In this document: one piece after another, positions 36,701-46,991 of the stretch
How positions within the stretch are numbered: the first letter of the stretch is position 1
Layout: the number at the start of each line of letters is the position of its first letter
DNA from: a virus
DNA length: 64,000 bases
Strand: one strand, 5' to 3'
IMG/VR virus record: IMGVR_UViG_2912844605_000003
The notes under the pieces: generated by a model
Databases searched by the model: none
What the model was told of the DNA's origin: nothing
What the model saw: only the letters and a program-made list of their open reading frames with translations
Position numbers and translations under genes: made by a program

Positions 36701-36946
36701 CTACACTTCATTATACCTATTGTGGATTATTTTACCATGCAGAACAGTTTTTGATAACTGGAATAGTTCTGTAATTCATATGTACCCAAGTTATCAATAA
36801 TCTCCTTCGGGCGTTTCCCCAACGCCTATCCGACTTATCTTTTCATCTCCTTTATATCCCCTTTTCGGACGTTACCGATGCTTCGGATCATCGGGCTTCC
36901 GAAGGAGCTTATTGTACGTAAAAAACAAATATTGGAGGAATTTAAT

Positions 36947-37156
36947 TTGGCTAAAGGTAAAAAAGAATACTCTTTTAAAAAGTGCACTGTAAACGTTGAT
37001 GAAGATCAAATTATTGAGTATAAAAATGATGGCATACACATTCACTCATTATCTAAGTACTTAAGAGAAATTGAAAGCAAAACAGAACCGATTGATTTCA
37101 CTTTAAAAAGCGACAGTGAAGTTGTACCCCAAGAAACTGAAGGACTCTCTGAGTAG
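36947..37156 (+). CDS. yonK: YonK-like protein
   Basis: TTG start behind GGAGG: MAKGKKEYSFKKCTVNVDEDQIIEYKNDG...; first late gene position. Confidence 0.75.
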   Translation: MAKGKKEYSFKKCTVNVDEDQIIEYKNDGIHIHSLSKYLREIESKTEPIDFTLKSDSEVVPQETEGLSE

Positions 37157-37167
37157 GTGGTGACTGA

Positions 37168-38367
37168 ATGACAGCTATTTTAAACCCTGTGTTGCACCGT
37201 GAAAAGGAAGAATCCTTTACTGACTACCACATCCGACTTTTTAAAAATAAAGATACTTATCACATTGATACTAAAACCATTGCCACTCTCTTAAACAAAG
37301 ATCAAGGTACAAATTATGATGAGAGTAAATGGCGCAAGGATTATAAGCAATATGAACGATGGAATGATTACATAATGTCCAAGAATTTGGATGAAGAAAT
37401 CCTAAGGAAATACGAAGAAGTGCGACTTCAATCTGAAAAGGAAAAGATTAGAACTCGTGATCAAAAAAGAGAATACAGAAAAAGTATAGCGAATCAAGCT
37501 CGCTTTGAAAAAATCAAGGATGATGTAGTCCAAGCTATTGTTAATTTAGAATCAAAAAGACCTCTACGTTTCACTTTCCCCCTCCCTGCTGCTGCTGAAA
37601 AGCATGGGCTTGCTTTATTCAGTGACTGGCACTTCGGAATGGAAATCGATAACCGCATCAATAAGTTCAATAAAGAAATATTCGATGAACGAGTTGAGCA
37701 TCTCACAAACAAAGTAATTGAGTATGGAAAGAAGAATCATGTCTCCACATTACACGTTGCAAATCTTGGTGATTTAATTGGAGGTCTTATACATGTTTCA
37801 ACAAGAGTTCAGGCTAATGAAGATGCTGTAGAGCAAATTAAATATGTGTCAGAAACGCTTGCTGAGGTGCTAGCTATGTTGGCCAGCGAGTTTCAAGAAA
37901 TTAAGTTTTACAATGTAGCTGGTAATCACGGTCGTCTCTCCCCTTCTAAGAATGATGTGGGAATAAAAGAAAACTTTGAATACCTCATTAATTGGTACCT
38001 CGAAGCTAGATTAAGAGATATTAAAAACATTTCCATTGAACCGGAACAAGATGGTTTTATCCCCGCTAAAATCAACAATCATGAAGTCGTATTTGTCCAC
38101 GGTCACTATGATCGTGTTGATCAATGCGTAACCCGCCTACCTCAATTACTTGGCTATATCCCTTCTTACATATTCGGTGGTCATATTCATCACAACTTTG
38201 AAAAGGAATATGGCAGCACAACAGTTGTTGTAAACGGAGCGCTAGTTGGCGCTGATGATTATGCGATGCAGGGTCGCTTTGGAACGAAACCGTCTCAAAA
38301 GTTCATGGTCTTTGATGATGACGGTGTTGAAGCTACATACATTATTCGTTTTAAAAATGAAAACTAA
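37168..38367 (+). CDS. yonJ: YonJ calcineurin-like metallophosphoesterase
   Basis: SDWH, GDLI, GNHGR, VHGH and GHIH metal-binding motifs; N-terminal helical region. Confidence 0.88.
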   Translation: MTAILNPVLHREKEESFTDYHIRLFKNKDTYHIDTKTIATLLNKDQGTNYDESKWRKDYKQYERWNDYIMSKNLDEEILRKYEEVRLQSEKEKIRTRDQKREYRKSIANQARFEKIKDDVVQAIVNLESKRPLRFTFPLPAAAEKHGLALFSDWHFGMEIDNRINKFNKEIFDERVEHLTNKVIEYGKKNHVSTLHVANLGDLIGGLIHVSTRVQANEDAVEQIKYVSETLAEVLAMLASEFQEIKFYNVAGNHGRLSPSKNDVGIKENFEYLINWYLEARLRDIKNISIEPEQDGFIPAKINNHEVVFVHGHYDRVDQCVTRLPQLLGYIPSYIFGGHIHHNFEKEYGSTTVVVNGALVGADDYAMQGRFGTKPSQKFMVFDDDGVEATYIIRFKNEN

Positions 38368-38380
38368 AGGAGGAATCTGC

Positions 38381-38836
38381 TTGGATTTAGCAATGCATGA
38401 AGTGTATAACCTTCACTTGTATGATAGAAAAACTGAGGAATCTTTAGTTGATTTAACAACACTTCAAGATGTTGAAATTTTTTATAGTGATGAACATGAA
38501 ACGTATTTGATTTTTGCAAAGAATGCTCTGCTAAATTTTGAGGCACTTAAATTTTTAGGTGATTATAAAGCTCCTACCTCCTTTGAATCAAAGTTGGGAA
38601 AGAAACAATATATTTCTGTTTTAACTGAGACACCTAAGCATGAATTCAAACTGTTGGCTGAAACTGTCGGTTCTCGCCCTGAGTCATCAGAGGCCCATAG
38701 AGTTACCTTAGAATTTAACAATGTAGAAATTATTTCTAGGGCTGAATTAAAAGGTGTTAACGGAGAAGTATCGGGTTTAGACTTGATTTTTAAAGTGAAC
38801 CCAGTTGATAAAGAATTTTTTAAAATTCACTATTGA
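38381..38836 (+). CDS. Hypothetical late protein
   Basis: TTG start behind AAAGGAGG; 151 aa. Confidence 0.7.
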   Translation: MDLAMHEVYNLHLYDRKTEESLVDLTTLQDVEIFYSDEHETYLIFAKNALLNFEALKFLGDYKAPTSFESKLGKKQYISVLTETPKHEFKLLAETVGSRPESSEAHRVTLEFNNVEIISRAELKGVNGEVSGLDLIFKVNPVDKEFFKIHY

Positions 38837-38866
38837 TAAAACTTTAATTTTATTCAGATTGGAGTA

Positions 38867-39202
38867 GTGCAAGTGGCTGATTACAAAGAGGTTTACGAGT
38901 CTTTCTGGAAGCAAATCATTGAAGATGAAACAGGAAACATTAACAAAGATCAACTAATGAAAGAGCTATGTGATTATAAGTATCTATTGGATTCTATTCC
39001 TGCTGTTTATGAAGAAGTGACTTGTAATACTGTAAGTAAGCCATTTGTTGATCCTATATATGTTATTGAGTCTCATAGAGAAGCATTTATAAATAAAAGA
39101 ATTGCCCTAGATGATTTAAGAAACATGAGTGTGGCAGCAAAACACTATTCACCTTATGAGACAGTTGTGAGCCTAGGAGCTATTGAAGGTTTATTAAAGT
39201 AA
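38867..39202 (+). CDS. Hypothetical late protein
   Basis: 111 aa; GGAG RBS with GTG. Confidence 0.7.
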   Translation: MQVADYKEVYESFWKQIIEDETGNINKDQLMKELCDYKYLLDSIPAVYEEVTCNTVSKPFVDPIYVIESHREAFINKRIALDDLRNMSVAAKHYSPYETVVSLGAIEGLLK

Positions 39203-39234
39203 TACAAAAAAAACGATTGAGGATGAAGAAGAAA

Positions 39235-39735
39235 ATGACGAATGAAGACTTTAAATATCTGAATAAGCACTTAGAAACACTTGCCCAACTCAAGCAGTCT
39301 GGATACAAATGTGATAAAGAGATATCTACTGTTATTAGTAAATTACATAAAATAATGGGGCTTGCATCAAAATCAAAAGTTAATTTTTACACTTTAGGTA
39401 GCAATGTTGAAAACGAAAACATTGCTGATTATAAAATAGGCGTAGATTTTCCAAAAGGAAATAGGTTGTTAATCGTTGATCCCCGGACAGACTATACAAC
39501 CGTTTTACTTGTTAATGTTAATGAATCCAAATTTGAAAATATTAAAAGAAGAATAGCACCTCAGACATTCGGATATCAAGCAGACCTATTGGTTCAGATT
39601 GTAAAAGAAAAACGCCCTGACAAACTGTTGATTGATACATGTGGAATTGGTAAAGGATTAATGGACATGGTGATTGAAAAGTTAAAAAACCAAGATATCG
39701 AAATGTCTCCCAGTGGTGATTTGACCTATAGTTAA
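39235..39735 (+). CDS. yonH: YonH-like protein with a terminase-nuclease (RNase H-like) C-terminal domain
   Basis: 166 aa from MTNED; LLIVDP...[14 protein letters not shown] parallels YonF VIGVDV...VVVDGNGVGGGLID. Confidence 0.7.
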   Translation: MTNEDFKYLNKHLETLAQLKQSGYKCDKEISTVISKLHKIMGLASKSKVNFYTLGSNVENENIADYKIGVDFPKGNRLLIVDPRTDYTTVLLVNVNESKFENIKRRIAPQTFGYQADLLVQIVKEKRPDKLLIDTCGIGKGLMDMVIEKLKNQDIEMSPSGDLTYS

Positions 39736-39835
39736 ACACCTTTTTAGAACGCCCAGCGATGATTGCGGTACTCCCCTTCCGCTCTATTGCTGGGCGTTTC
39801 ATAAAATGTGTTTACATCAACTTTATGGAGGTGAA

Positions 39836-40831
39836 ATGGTGGGTCGGAAACCTAAAGAAAAAGAAAAACTGTTATGTGCTGCATGTCAAAAGGAAAAAGA
39901 CAAAGATTCTGGCTTTTATAATTCCCGCAGCAAGCTTTACGAAAAAATAGGAAAAGTACCAATTTGTAAATCTTGTCTCAAGAAAAATATTGATTACAGC
40001 AACATGGACTCTGTATACACTGTCTTACAGCAAATCGATGTCAAATTTGATCCTTTATACTGGGAGCAAGCAGTTCAAAGAAAAACTGACACATTTAGTG
40101 CATATATGACAATGGCAAATTCCCTAAAGCAGTTTAATGGAACTGGTTGGAAGGACAGTATTCTAGAACAACAACAAGAAAAAGCTATTGCTGCCGAAAC
40201 TCAGCGTGATTCAGTAGAACATGTCTCAGATGAAATAATTGATAAATGGGGAATTGGTTATACACCCGATGAATACCACCAGTTTGAAAGGAAGTACAAC
40301 AAACTCATTCGAAATTATGGAGAAAAAACCGCTCTCCATACTGAGGGATTACTCTCCTATATTCGCTTTCGTGTCAAAGAAGAACTAGCTACAGCTAAGG
40401 GAGAAGTAAAGGAAGCTAAAGAGTGGGGTCAAATGGCTTCAAAAGCAGCTACTGACGCAAAGATCAACGTTTCTCAGTTAAGCAAAAGCGATATTAGTGG
40501 CGGTGTGGATGTGCTTTCACAACTCTTCGAAGCAGTTGAAACTGAATTAGGCATCATCCCTCTCCTTCCCCGCCTAACCGCTCAACCTTACGATGATGCT
40601 GATTTAATCATTTGGGCCATAATCAATTATTACAGAAGACTAGAGGATAAAGAAAAAGTAGCTTATAAAGACATATATCATTTTTACGATGAGATGCTCG
40701 AAGAAGATTTCAAATCAAAGGGGCTAACTACAGAAGAAATTGAGAACTTGAAAAAAGCACGAAACAACGTTTTCCGTGACTTAGAAGATGTGTATAAAGA
40801 GCCACTTTACGACACTGGGGATGAAGAATAA
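39836..40831 (+). CDS. yonG: YonG-like protein, probable terminase small subunit
   Basis: GGAGGTGA RBS; N-terminal CxxC...CxxC; immediately upstream of the large terminase. Confidence 0.7.
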   Translation: MVGRKPKEKEKLLCAACQKEKDKDSGFYNSRSKLYEKIGKVPICKSCLKKNIDYSNMDSVYTVLQQIDVKFDPLYWEQAVQRKTDTFSAYMTMANSLKQFNGTGWKDSILEQQQEKAIAAETQRDSVEHVSDEIIDKWGIGYTPDEYHQFERKYNKLIRNYGEKTALHTEGLLSYIRFRVKEELATAKGEVKEAKEWGQMASKAATDAKINVSQLSKSDISGGVDVLSQLFEAVETELGIIPLLPRLTAQPYDDADLIIWAIINYYRRLEDKEKVAYKDIYHFYDEMLEEDFKSKGLTTEEIENLKKARNNVFRDLEDVYKEPLYDTGDEE

Positions 40832-42579
40832 TGGCAAGCTACAAAAACTTCGCCTCTAAGAACAATAAACATACAAAAAATCGAACAGATATTTATGAAT
40901 CCTCATTTGAAACTCCAGTAAATCCCAATGATAGCTCTAACTTAATACAGAAAAACATTTCAAAATGGGCAGAATTCACCTCCTTCATTCGTTTTTATCC
41001 TGATATTTTTTATGACATGTTAAAACCCGAAGTTGGTGGAATTGAACTTGATTTATACCAAAGAGTTATGATGAGAACCCTAAGTCGCTTCCCTCAAAAT
41101 TACTTCTGTATTCCTCGCGGTGGATCAAAAACCCTCACTCAAATCATGGTTGCGTACCATACAGCAATCTGCTTCCCAAATGTCACATTAGCAATAACCG
41201 CTTCAACCAAAGAATCTGCGGTTAAAATTTGGAAAGAAAAACATGATGAAATTTTAAGGTTCTATCCTTCTATTGTAGATGAAATCAAAAGCGAAAGTTT
41301 TTCCAAAGATACTGGAAGAGTTGAATTTCAAAATGGCGCAATTATCGATAACCTAGCCAATGCCCAATCTTCAAAGGGATTACGTAGAAGACGTGGCTCT
41401 CTTGAAGAATCTGCATTAATCGATAAAGATCTCTATGATGATGCCATTGAACCAATATTCAATATTCCACGAACTACAATGACTGGTGAAATTGATCCTG
41501 CAGAATTAAATGGTCAAATAAACCGTTTTTCAACATCAGGATACAAAAACTCTGATGAATACGAAAAGATTCTTACTATGGTTAAAGAAACTGGTGACTT
41601 GAAAGGCTCCTTTGTGTTTGGATCTGATTGGAGAATTCCTATCCACTTTGGTCGTCAAAAAATGTCCACGATTAATAAAGCCAGACAAGGAAACGTTACC
41701 CGTTTTCGACAAAATTACCTTTGTGATTGGATTGGTGCAAGTGACGGAGCTTTAATCAACATCAGTAAATTAATTAAAGCCAGAACTATTACACAACCAG
41801 AGCTATCTTGTCCTCGGGATAAAAACAAAAACTTTTTGCTTAATGAGTATGTTATTGGTGTAGACGTTGCACGTTCTGCAGCTGAGTCAAACAACAAAAC
41901 GGCTATTATTGTTTTAAAAATTATTAGGAATAGTAACAACCTTATTAGACAAGTTCAAGTAGTTAATATCATTGAACCACCTAATGGATTAAGCTTTAAG
42001 GAACAATCCATCATGGTGAAAAGAGTATTTAAAAATTATGGCGGAAACCAAGACCTCTCACTCTCTAGAGTCAAAGCTGTTGTTGTTGATGGTAATGGAG
42101 TCGGCGGTGGATTAATCGACCGATTATTAGAAGATGTTACTGATCCTGAAACAAATGAAGAGCTTGGATGTTGGGCTACAATTAACACTGATCAAAAACC
42201 AGACGTGCCTAATTCACCTGAAGTCGTTTACAATCTAAAATCACAAGGTATAAACCAGGATATTATCACCCAGTTTTTAGACTATGTTGAATCGGGGAAG
42301 TTAAAGTTACTAAAAGCTTTCGAAGATATCAAAAACCAAAAAGACATTGCAGACGATGTTATGGTTGAAGCAGCATGTATTCAAACTCAGTTGTTTATTG
42401 ACGAAGTGGCCAACCTACGGATCAAGAAAAACCAAAATTCTTTTACTGTAGAACAGGTTGTAAAACGTATCGATAAAGACAGATACAGTGCGATTGCTTA
42501 CGCCTTATATTACATTGCTCAATTTTTAGAGAAAGAGGAATCCGATGAAGAGTATTCATTTGGGTTCTTTTTTAATTGA
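40831..42579 (+). CDS. yonF: Terminase large subunit
   Basis: Walker A IPRGGSKT; Walker B LEES; C-terminal nuclease GVDVA...DG.GVG...DKDRYSA. Confidence 0.93.
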   Translation: MASYKNFASKNNKHTKNRTDIYESSFETPVNPNDSSNLIQKNISKWAEFTSFIRFYPDIFYDMLKPEVGGIELDLYQRVMMRTLSRFPQNYFCIPRGGSKTLTQIMVAYHTAICFPNVTLAITASTKESAVKIWKEKHDEILRFYPSIVDEIKSESFSKDTGRVEFQNGAIIDNLANAQSSKGLRRRRGSLEESALIDKDLYDDAIEPIFNIPRTTMTGEIDPAELNGQINRFSTSGYKNSDEYEKILTMVKETGDLKGSFVFGSDWRIPIHFGRQKMSTINKARQGNVTRFRQNYLCDWIGASDGALINISKLIKARTITQPELSCPRDKNKNFLLNEYVIGVDVARSAAESNNKTAIIVLKIIRNSNNLIRQVQVVNIIEPPNGLSFKEQSIMVKRVFKNYGGNQDLSLSRVKAVVVDGNGVGGGLIDRLLEDVTDPETNEELGCWATINTDQKPDVPNSPEVVYNLKSQGINQDIITQFLDYVESGKLKLLKAFEDIKNQKDIADDVMVEAACIQTQLFIDEVANLRIKKNQNSFTVEQVVKRIDKDRYSAIAYALYYIAQFLEKEESDEEYSFGFFFN

Positions 42580-42602
42580 ATTTTTTAATCAGGAGGTGAA
42601 AA

Positions 42603-44141
42603 ATGGATACCCAAAAAGAGCCGTCTTATGAATATAATACTGATTTATCAAACCTGGATTCGCTATTCTTCAATACCTCAAATACTTCAGTTTCATATGA
42701 TCGAGTGAAAACTTGGCTTAATAATCACAATCTTTATAACAAACAAATTCGAAATGCCTCAAAATTTCTTTATAATTCAAATGGTATTTACAGGAATGTA
42801 ATTGACTACATGGTTTCTCTCCCTACCCTAGACAGAGTTGTCTACGGGAACTCAAATGATCATAGTCAATTAAAATTGGACAAACGAACATATGGAATCG
42901 CATTAAGAAAAATAAATGACAAAAATATTGTTCGAGATTCACTTAGAAAATTAAGTCTTTACGGCACATCTTTCCATTATTTCGAATCAGTTGCAGCTGA
43001 CAACTTTCCTAAAACTCTTAGTGATTATGAAGTTGATTCAATATCTGAAATCAACGATACAAAAGAGTTCAATTGTTCTATCCTCCCTCTCCCTATCGAT
43101 TACTGCAAAATTGTCGGGAGAAAAAATTCTTCATATTTGGTGGCTTTTGATGTATCCTACTTTGATCAATTCACAAGCAAAGGGAGATCTTTAAAACTTA
43201 AAAGGTGGCCAAAGGAATTTAGACAAGGTTATGTTGAGTACAAAAAAGATCTCAATAAACGTTGGCTCGTATTAGACAACAATAAGACAGTCACCGTTAA
43301 AGGTAGCGCTGACTTGGAAGATCAATGGGGACGACCGATTGGACTAGCTGCATTTGTTGATATGGTTTATGACGATTATTTTGTTGATACAAAAAGAAAC
43401 ATTCTTGATGATTTGAACAGTACATTAATTTATCAAACATTACCTGAAGGTGAAAAGAAGGGTGTTTCTTCTTTAACGCAAAAGCAACAAGAGCAACAGC
43501 ACAACAGTATCAAAAATGCCTTAGTTTCTAAAGGCGCTGTTAAAGGAATAAAATTCTTCTCTTTGGCCTCTGGCACTAAGCTAGACAAGCTTGAGACTAA
43601 CGTTGATTTCCTTAAAGTCAAAGGCGAAGATGAATTAATAAAACGAATATCAACTAACTTAGGTTTTGCAGGTTCAGCATTAAATGGACAAGACGGAAAT
43701 TATTCCTCTCAATCTACAAACATTGAAATGGTGTCCTCACAAATTTTCTCCTGGTTAGAACAGATCTCTAGTGAGTTTAACAAAGTCATTAATGCAAATA
43801 TCATTAAAAATCCCAAGTCTTATGTTGAAGTTTACTATCTCCCCCTTACCCACGTTAACCGTAAAGAAAAAGTCCAAAATATGAAGGACTTGTACACGAG
43901 TGGTCGAGGAAGTTTAACTGCTTGGATAGCAGCTACTGGGTGGAATCCTGATGCCTACTTGTCATTAATGGAATATGAAAAAGAAGAAGGATTCGATGAG
44001 AAGTTCCCTGTTCATGCAACTTCCTACACTATGAGTAAGAATGATAAGTCTGCTGGTCGTCCTGAAGACGATAATTCTCAAAACGAGAACACCATTAAGT
44101 CCAAAACAAATAACAGTAACGGTACGCCCTCTGGCTCATGA
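42603..44141 (+). CDS. yonE: Portal protein
   Basis: 512 aa after the terminase; GRPIGLAA and DELIKRISTNLG portal-like motifs. Confidence 0.85.
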   Translation: MDTQKEPSYEYNTDLSNLDSLFFNTSNTSVSYDRVKTWLNNHNLYNKQIRNASKFLYNSNGIYRNVIDYMVSLPTLDRVVYGNSNDHSQLKLDKRTYGIALRKINDKNIVRDSLRKLSLYGTSFHYFESVAADNFPKTLSDYEVDSISEINDTKEFNCSILPLPIDYCKIVGRKNSSYLVAFDVSYFDQFTSKGRSLKLKRWPKEFRQGYVEYKKDLNKRWLVLDNNKTVTVKGSADLEDQWGRPIGLAAFVDMVYDDYFVDTKRNILDDLNSTLIYQTLPEGEKKGVSSLTQKQQEQQHNSIKNALVSKGAVKGIKFFSLASGTKLDKLETNVDFLKVKGEDELIKRISTNLGFAGSALNGQDGNYSSQSTNIEMVSSQIFSWLEQISSEFNKVINANIIKNPKSYVEVYYLPLTHVNRKEKVQNMKDLYTSGRGSLTAWIAATGWNPDAYLSLMEYEKEEGFDEKFPVHATSYTMSKNDKSAGRPEDDNSQNENTIKSKTNNSNGTPSGS

Positions 44142-44159
44142 AGGGAGGTGAATTAATAT

Positions 44160-45308
44160 TTGAGAAGTGCAATCTTAGAGATTAATAATCAACGAAAAGT
44201 AAGTGGACGAACCTTTGTAAAGTGGGTTGTTCTTGAAATACATGAAAACAATGCCCATTACAATAAAAACGGTATTACCTGGATCGAAAAACACGTTAAT
44301 GCAAACTTAAATTCCATTAAGGATATGCCGCTGTGTGTAGAATTTATTGATTGTGAAAACAGTGAACCATTTGGTCATGGCATGACAGAAATTAAAGATG
44401 GGACTCCCCTGTTTGAAAACAGCACTGTAGTTGGTGTTACAACCAATGGATATATCGACACTATAGAAGTAAATGGTCAACAAAAAAGAGTGTTAATTGG
44501 TGAAGGTTTTATTTACAACCAAAGGTACCCTAAGTTTGTACAATGGCTTAAATCGAAAATGTTTGATGGCGAATTCCCTGAGACCTCAGTAGAAATTTCT
44601 GCAGTTGAAGGCAGCTCTTCAATTGAGTATGACGGTGGGTATAAAGAAAAAGGTCGTATACCTATGAGATTTGATTTCACCGGCGACGCAATTCTCGGAA
44701 TTGATCCAGCTGATGATGCTGCTGTCTTACTGGAACTAAATAATAATCACAAGGAGGAACAGTCAATGGCAAAAACACAAGATGAAGCATTAGTTGAATT
44801 GAATAATAAGCTAAACATTGAGAATAAAGCACTTGAAACAAAAGTGGCTGAACTTAATGAGGCACTTAAGAAAAAAGATGAGGAGTTAAATGCTGCAGTA
44901 AAAGCAGCTAAAGATGAGAAAGCAAAAGTTGAGGAGAAAGAAAAAGAAATCAAAAAAGCAAAAGAAGAAAAAGAAAAAGCTGATGCCGAGTTGAATTCAC
45001 TGAAAGAATTCAAACAAAACGCAGAAAACGAAAAGCTAAAAAGTGAACTAAATCAAGATCTCAATAAATATACAGAGAAAGAAAAATCGGTCGCGAAAGA
45101 AAAAATCGAACTCTTCTCCAAATCTCCTTCTCTTGAGCTAAAGACACAAATTCTCTCGGAAATTAACTCTTCAATTGCTCAATCATTTATTGCACAACGT
45201 CAAAAGAATCAATCAACTGAAACAAATAGCACTAATGATAAAGACATTTTTTCAGAAATTAATGATGCTGGACAAGAAAGCTCAGTATCTATTAATGATC
45301 TCTATTAA
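44160..45308 (+). CDS. yonD: Prohead protease/scaffold fusion
   Basis: N-terminal protease-like domain (ETSVEI, FTGDAILG) plus a K/E-rich coiled-coil C-terminus. Confidence 0.75.
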   Translation: MRSAILEINNQRKVSGRTFVKWVVLEIHENNAHYNKNGITWIEKHVNANLNSIKDMPLCVEFIDCENSEPFGHGMTEIKDGTPLFENSTVVGVTTNGYIDTIEVNGQQKRVLIGEGFIYNQRYPKFVQWLKSKMFDGEFPETSVEISAVEGSSSIEYDGGYKEKGRIPMRFDFTGDAILGIDPADDAAVLLELNNNHKEEQSMAKTQDEALVELNNKLNIENKALETKVAELNEALKKKDEELNAAVKAAKDEKAKVEEKEKEIKKAKEEKEKADAELNSLKEFKQNAENEKLKSELNQDLNKYTEKEKSVAKEKIELFSKSPSLELKTQILSEINSSIAQSFIAQRQKNQSTETNSTNDKDIFSEINDAGQESSVSINDLY

Positions 45309-45344
45309 GATAAAATAACACTTTTATAGAAATGAGGAATTTAT

Positions 45345-45809
45345 ATGTTCAAATTTGGAACTATTGGTGCCTTCAAACAGGTACGAAATAACCCGCGTTG
45401 TAAAGCAACGAAAGATTTAGTGCCTGGCTTGGTTGTGTTACCAGATGACTCTACTGGTCTGGCGCCTACCCCTGCCGATGCTACAGCAGCAAAGGGCGAC
45501 ATTTATGTTGTTGGCAATATCATTGATAAACCTGAGGTTAGAAACAAAGCTGATTTTAAAGTATTGAAAGATGAATACGTTCGTGCTTTCCGTGTAACTG
45601 ATTTGACTGATCTACCAGTTGAGTTGAGTCAAGATACAGTTCAAGGTTTTGATGCTCTCATTGTGGGCGATGTTATTGTCCCAGCAAGTGATGGAACTGG
45701 TCAATGGACTAAAGCTGGGGAAGATGTTGCTGATTATAAAGTTAAGCTTAAAGTTCTTGAAAAAACTACATTCGGTGGTAAAGGTCTGTACTTAAAAGTA
45801 CAAGCCTAA
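45345..45809 (+). CDS. yonC: Head decoration-like protein
   Basis: 154 aa between scaffold and capsid; beta-rich. Confidence 0.6.
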   Translation: MFKFGTIGAFKQVRNNPRCKATKDLVPGLVVLPDDSTGLAPTPADATAAKGDIYVVGNIIDKPEVRNKADFKVLKDEYVRAFRVTDLTDLPVELSQDTVQGFDALIVGDVIVPASDGTGQWTKAGEDVADYKVKLKVLEKTTFGGKGLYLKVQA

Positions 45810-45837
45810 TCCCTAACTTTTGGAGGTATAACTTATT

Positions 45838-46941
45838 ATGAAAATTGAACTTAATAACGTAAAACGGGATTCAGATGTGTTTGCTAATCCCAAGTTAAAT
45901 TCAAAGTCGCCAATTATTGAGATCTTCTCTGCAATTGCAACTGGAAAAGATATTTCTAAATTCGGTAGTAAAGCCGATACAGTTATGAAACATGTCAAAG
46001 ATTTAGCTTCTCAAGCTGTACTTGGAAACCCTGTGGCAAAAGCTGAAATAAATACAATTGTTAGATTGGCAATTGAGCCTAAACTTATTTCAGCTGTTAA
46101 GTTATTTGATTTCATGGGTACTTTTAGACAAATCGGCTATGATCAACAGCCAATGATGACTACATACGCACACGAATCGATTAGAAGTGGTTTCCAAGCT
46201 TCTCGTGGGGACGTTCCTTTTGCTACTACAACTTGGAACGAATACCCTATTGGAACACAGACAATTTCAGCAGGCTATGCTGTTAATTACCGTGAAATTC
46301 AAAGTGGAAACCTAGATAAAGTTGCTGAAGGTATGGAACAAGTTCAGACCGATATGATGAATAAAGCTATGTATTATGTCGTAAATGAAATGTACAACGC
46401 CATTAAATCAGCTACCGGTGTTAAATATTTCTCGGAAAATGCCGGTATTCAAAAATCTGCAGTTGATGACACTATTAAGAAGGTTCGTAGATTCGGTCAA
46501 CCATCTATCGTTGGTGATTATTCTGTTGTTTCTCAGTTAAATGATTTTGCTGGATTCCAAGCAGTCGCCGGAGATGCGACTAGTACAAAATTGCCTGAAT
46601 CAGTAATGGATGAAATCCGCAAGACAGGTTTACTGAGTACTTATAAAGGTTCTTCTGTTGTTGAATTACCTAATGCATACAACCTCACTGAACTTAACAA
46701 GACTGGAGATAACTTCAAAACTTACCTTCCTGAAGGTCTTCTATTCTTCATTCCTCAAGGTGCAAAATCTCCTCTTCAAGTATTCCAACGTGGTGGATTA
46801 ACTTCTATGACAGGTAACGATATCGTGTCTGGTACAGAAATTACTCGATTTGACATGGAAATCGGTGCAGGTGTAGCTAAAGGACAAGAATATCAAATCG
46901 GATTAATCCGTGATGAAAATTTCGAAATCACACCTGAATAA
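45838..46941 (+). CDS. yonB: Major capsid protein
   Basis: 367 aa; position; followed by a hairpin terminator (GGAGGG...CCCTCC, 46950-46969). Confidence 0.8.
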   Translation: MKIELNNVKRDSDVFANPKLNSKSPIIEIFSAIATGKDISKFGSKADTVMKHVKDLASQAVLGNPVAKAEINTIVRLAIEPKLISAVKLFDFMGTFRQIGYDQQPMMTTYAHESIRSGFQASRGDVPFATTTWNEYPIGTQTISAGYAVNYREIQSGNLDKVAEGMEQVQTDMMNKAMYYVVNEMYNAIKSATGVKYFSENAGIQKSAVDDTIKKVRRFGQPSIVGDYSVVSQLNDFAGFQAVAGDATSTKLPESVMDEIRKTGLLSTYKGSSVVELPNAYNLTELNKTGDNFKTYLPEGLLFFIPQGAKSPLQVFQRGGLTSMTGNDIVSGTEITRFDMEIGAGVAKGQEYQIGLIRDENFEITPE

Positions 46942-46991
46942 AATCATTATGGAGGGCATTGTCCCTCCTAAGTAAAATTATGGAGGGTATT

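Noticed and set aside
32077-46941. Introns or inteins in yonO, terminase, portal or capsid
   Set aside because: The ORFs are continuous and of expected size, with no Hint or LAGLIDADG motifs visible.
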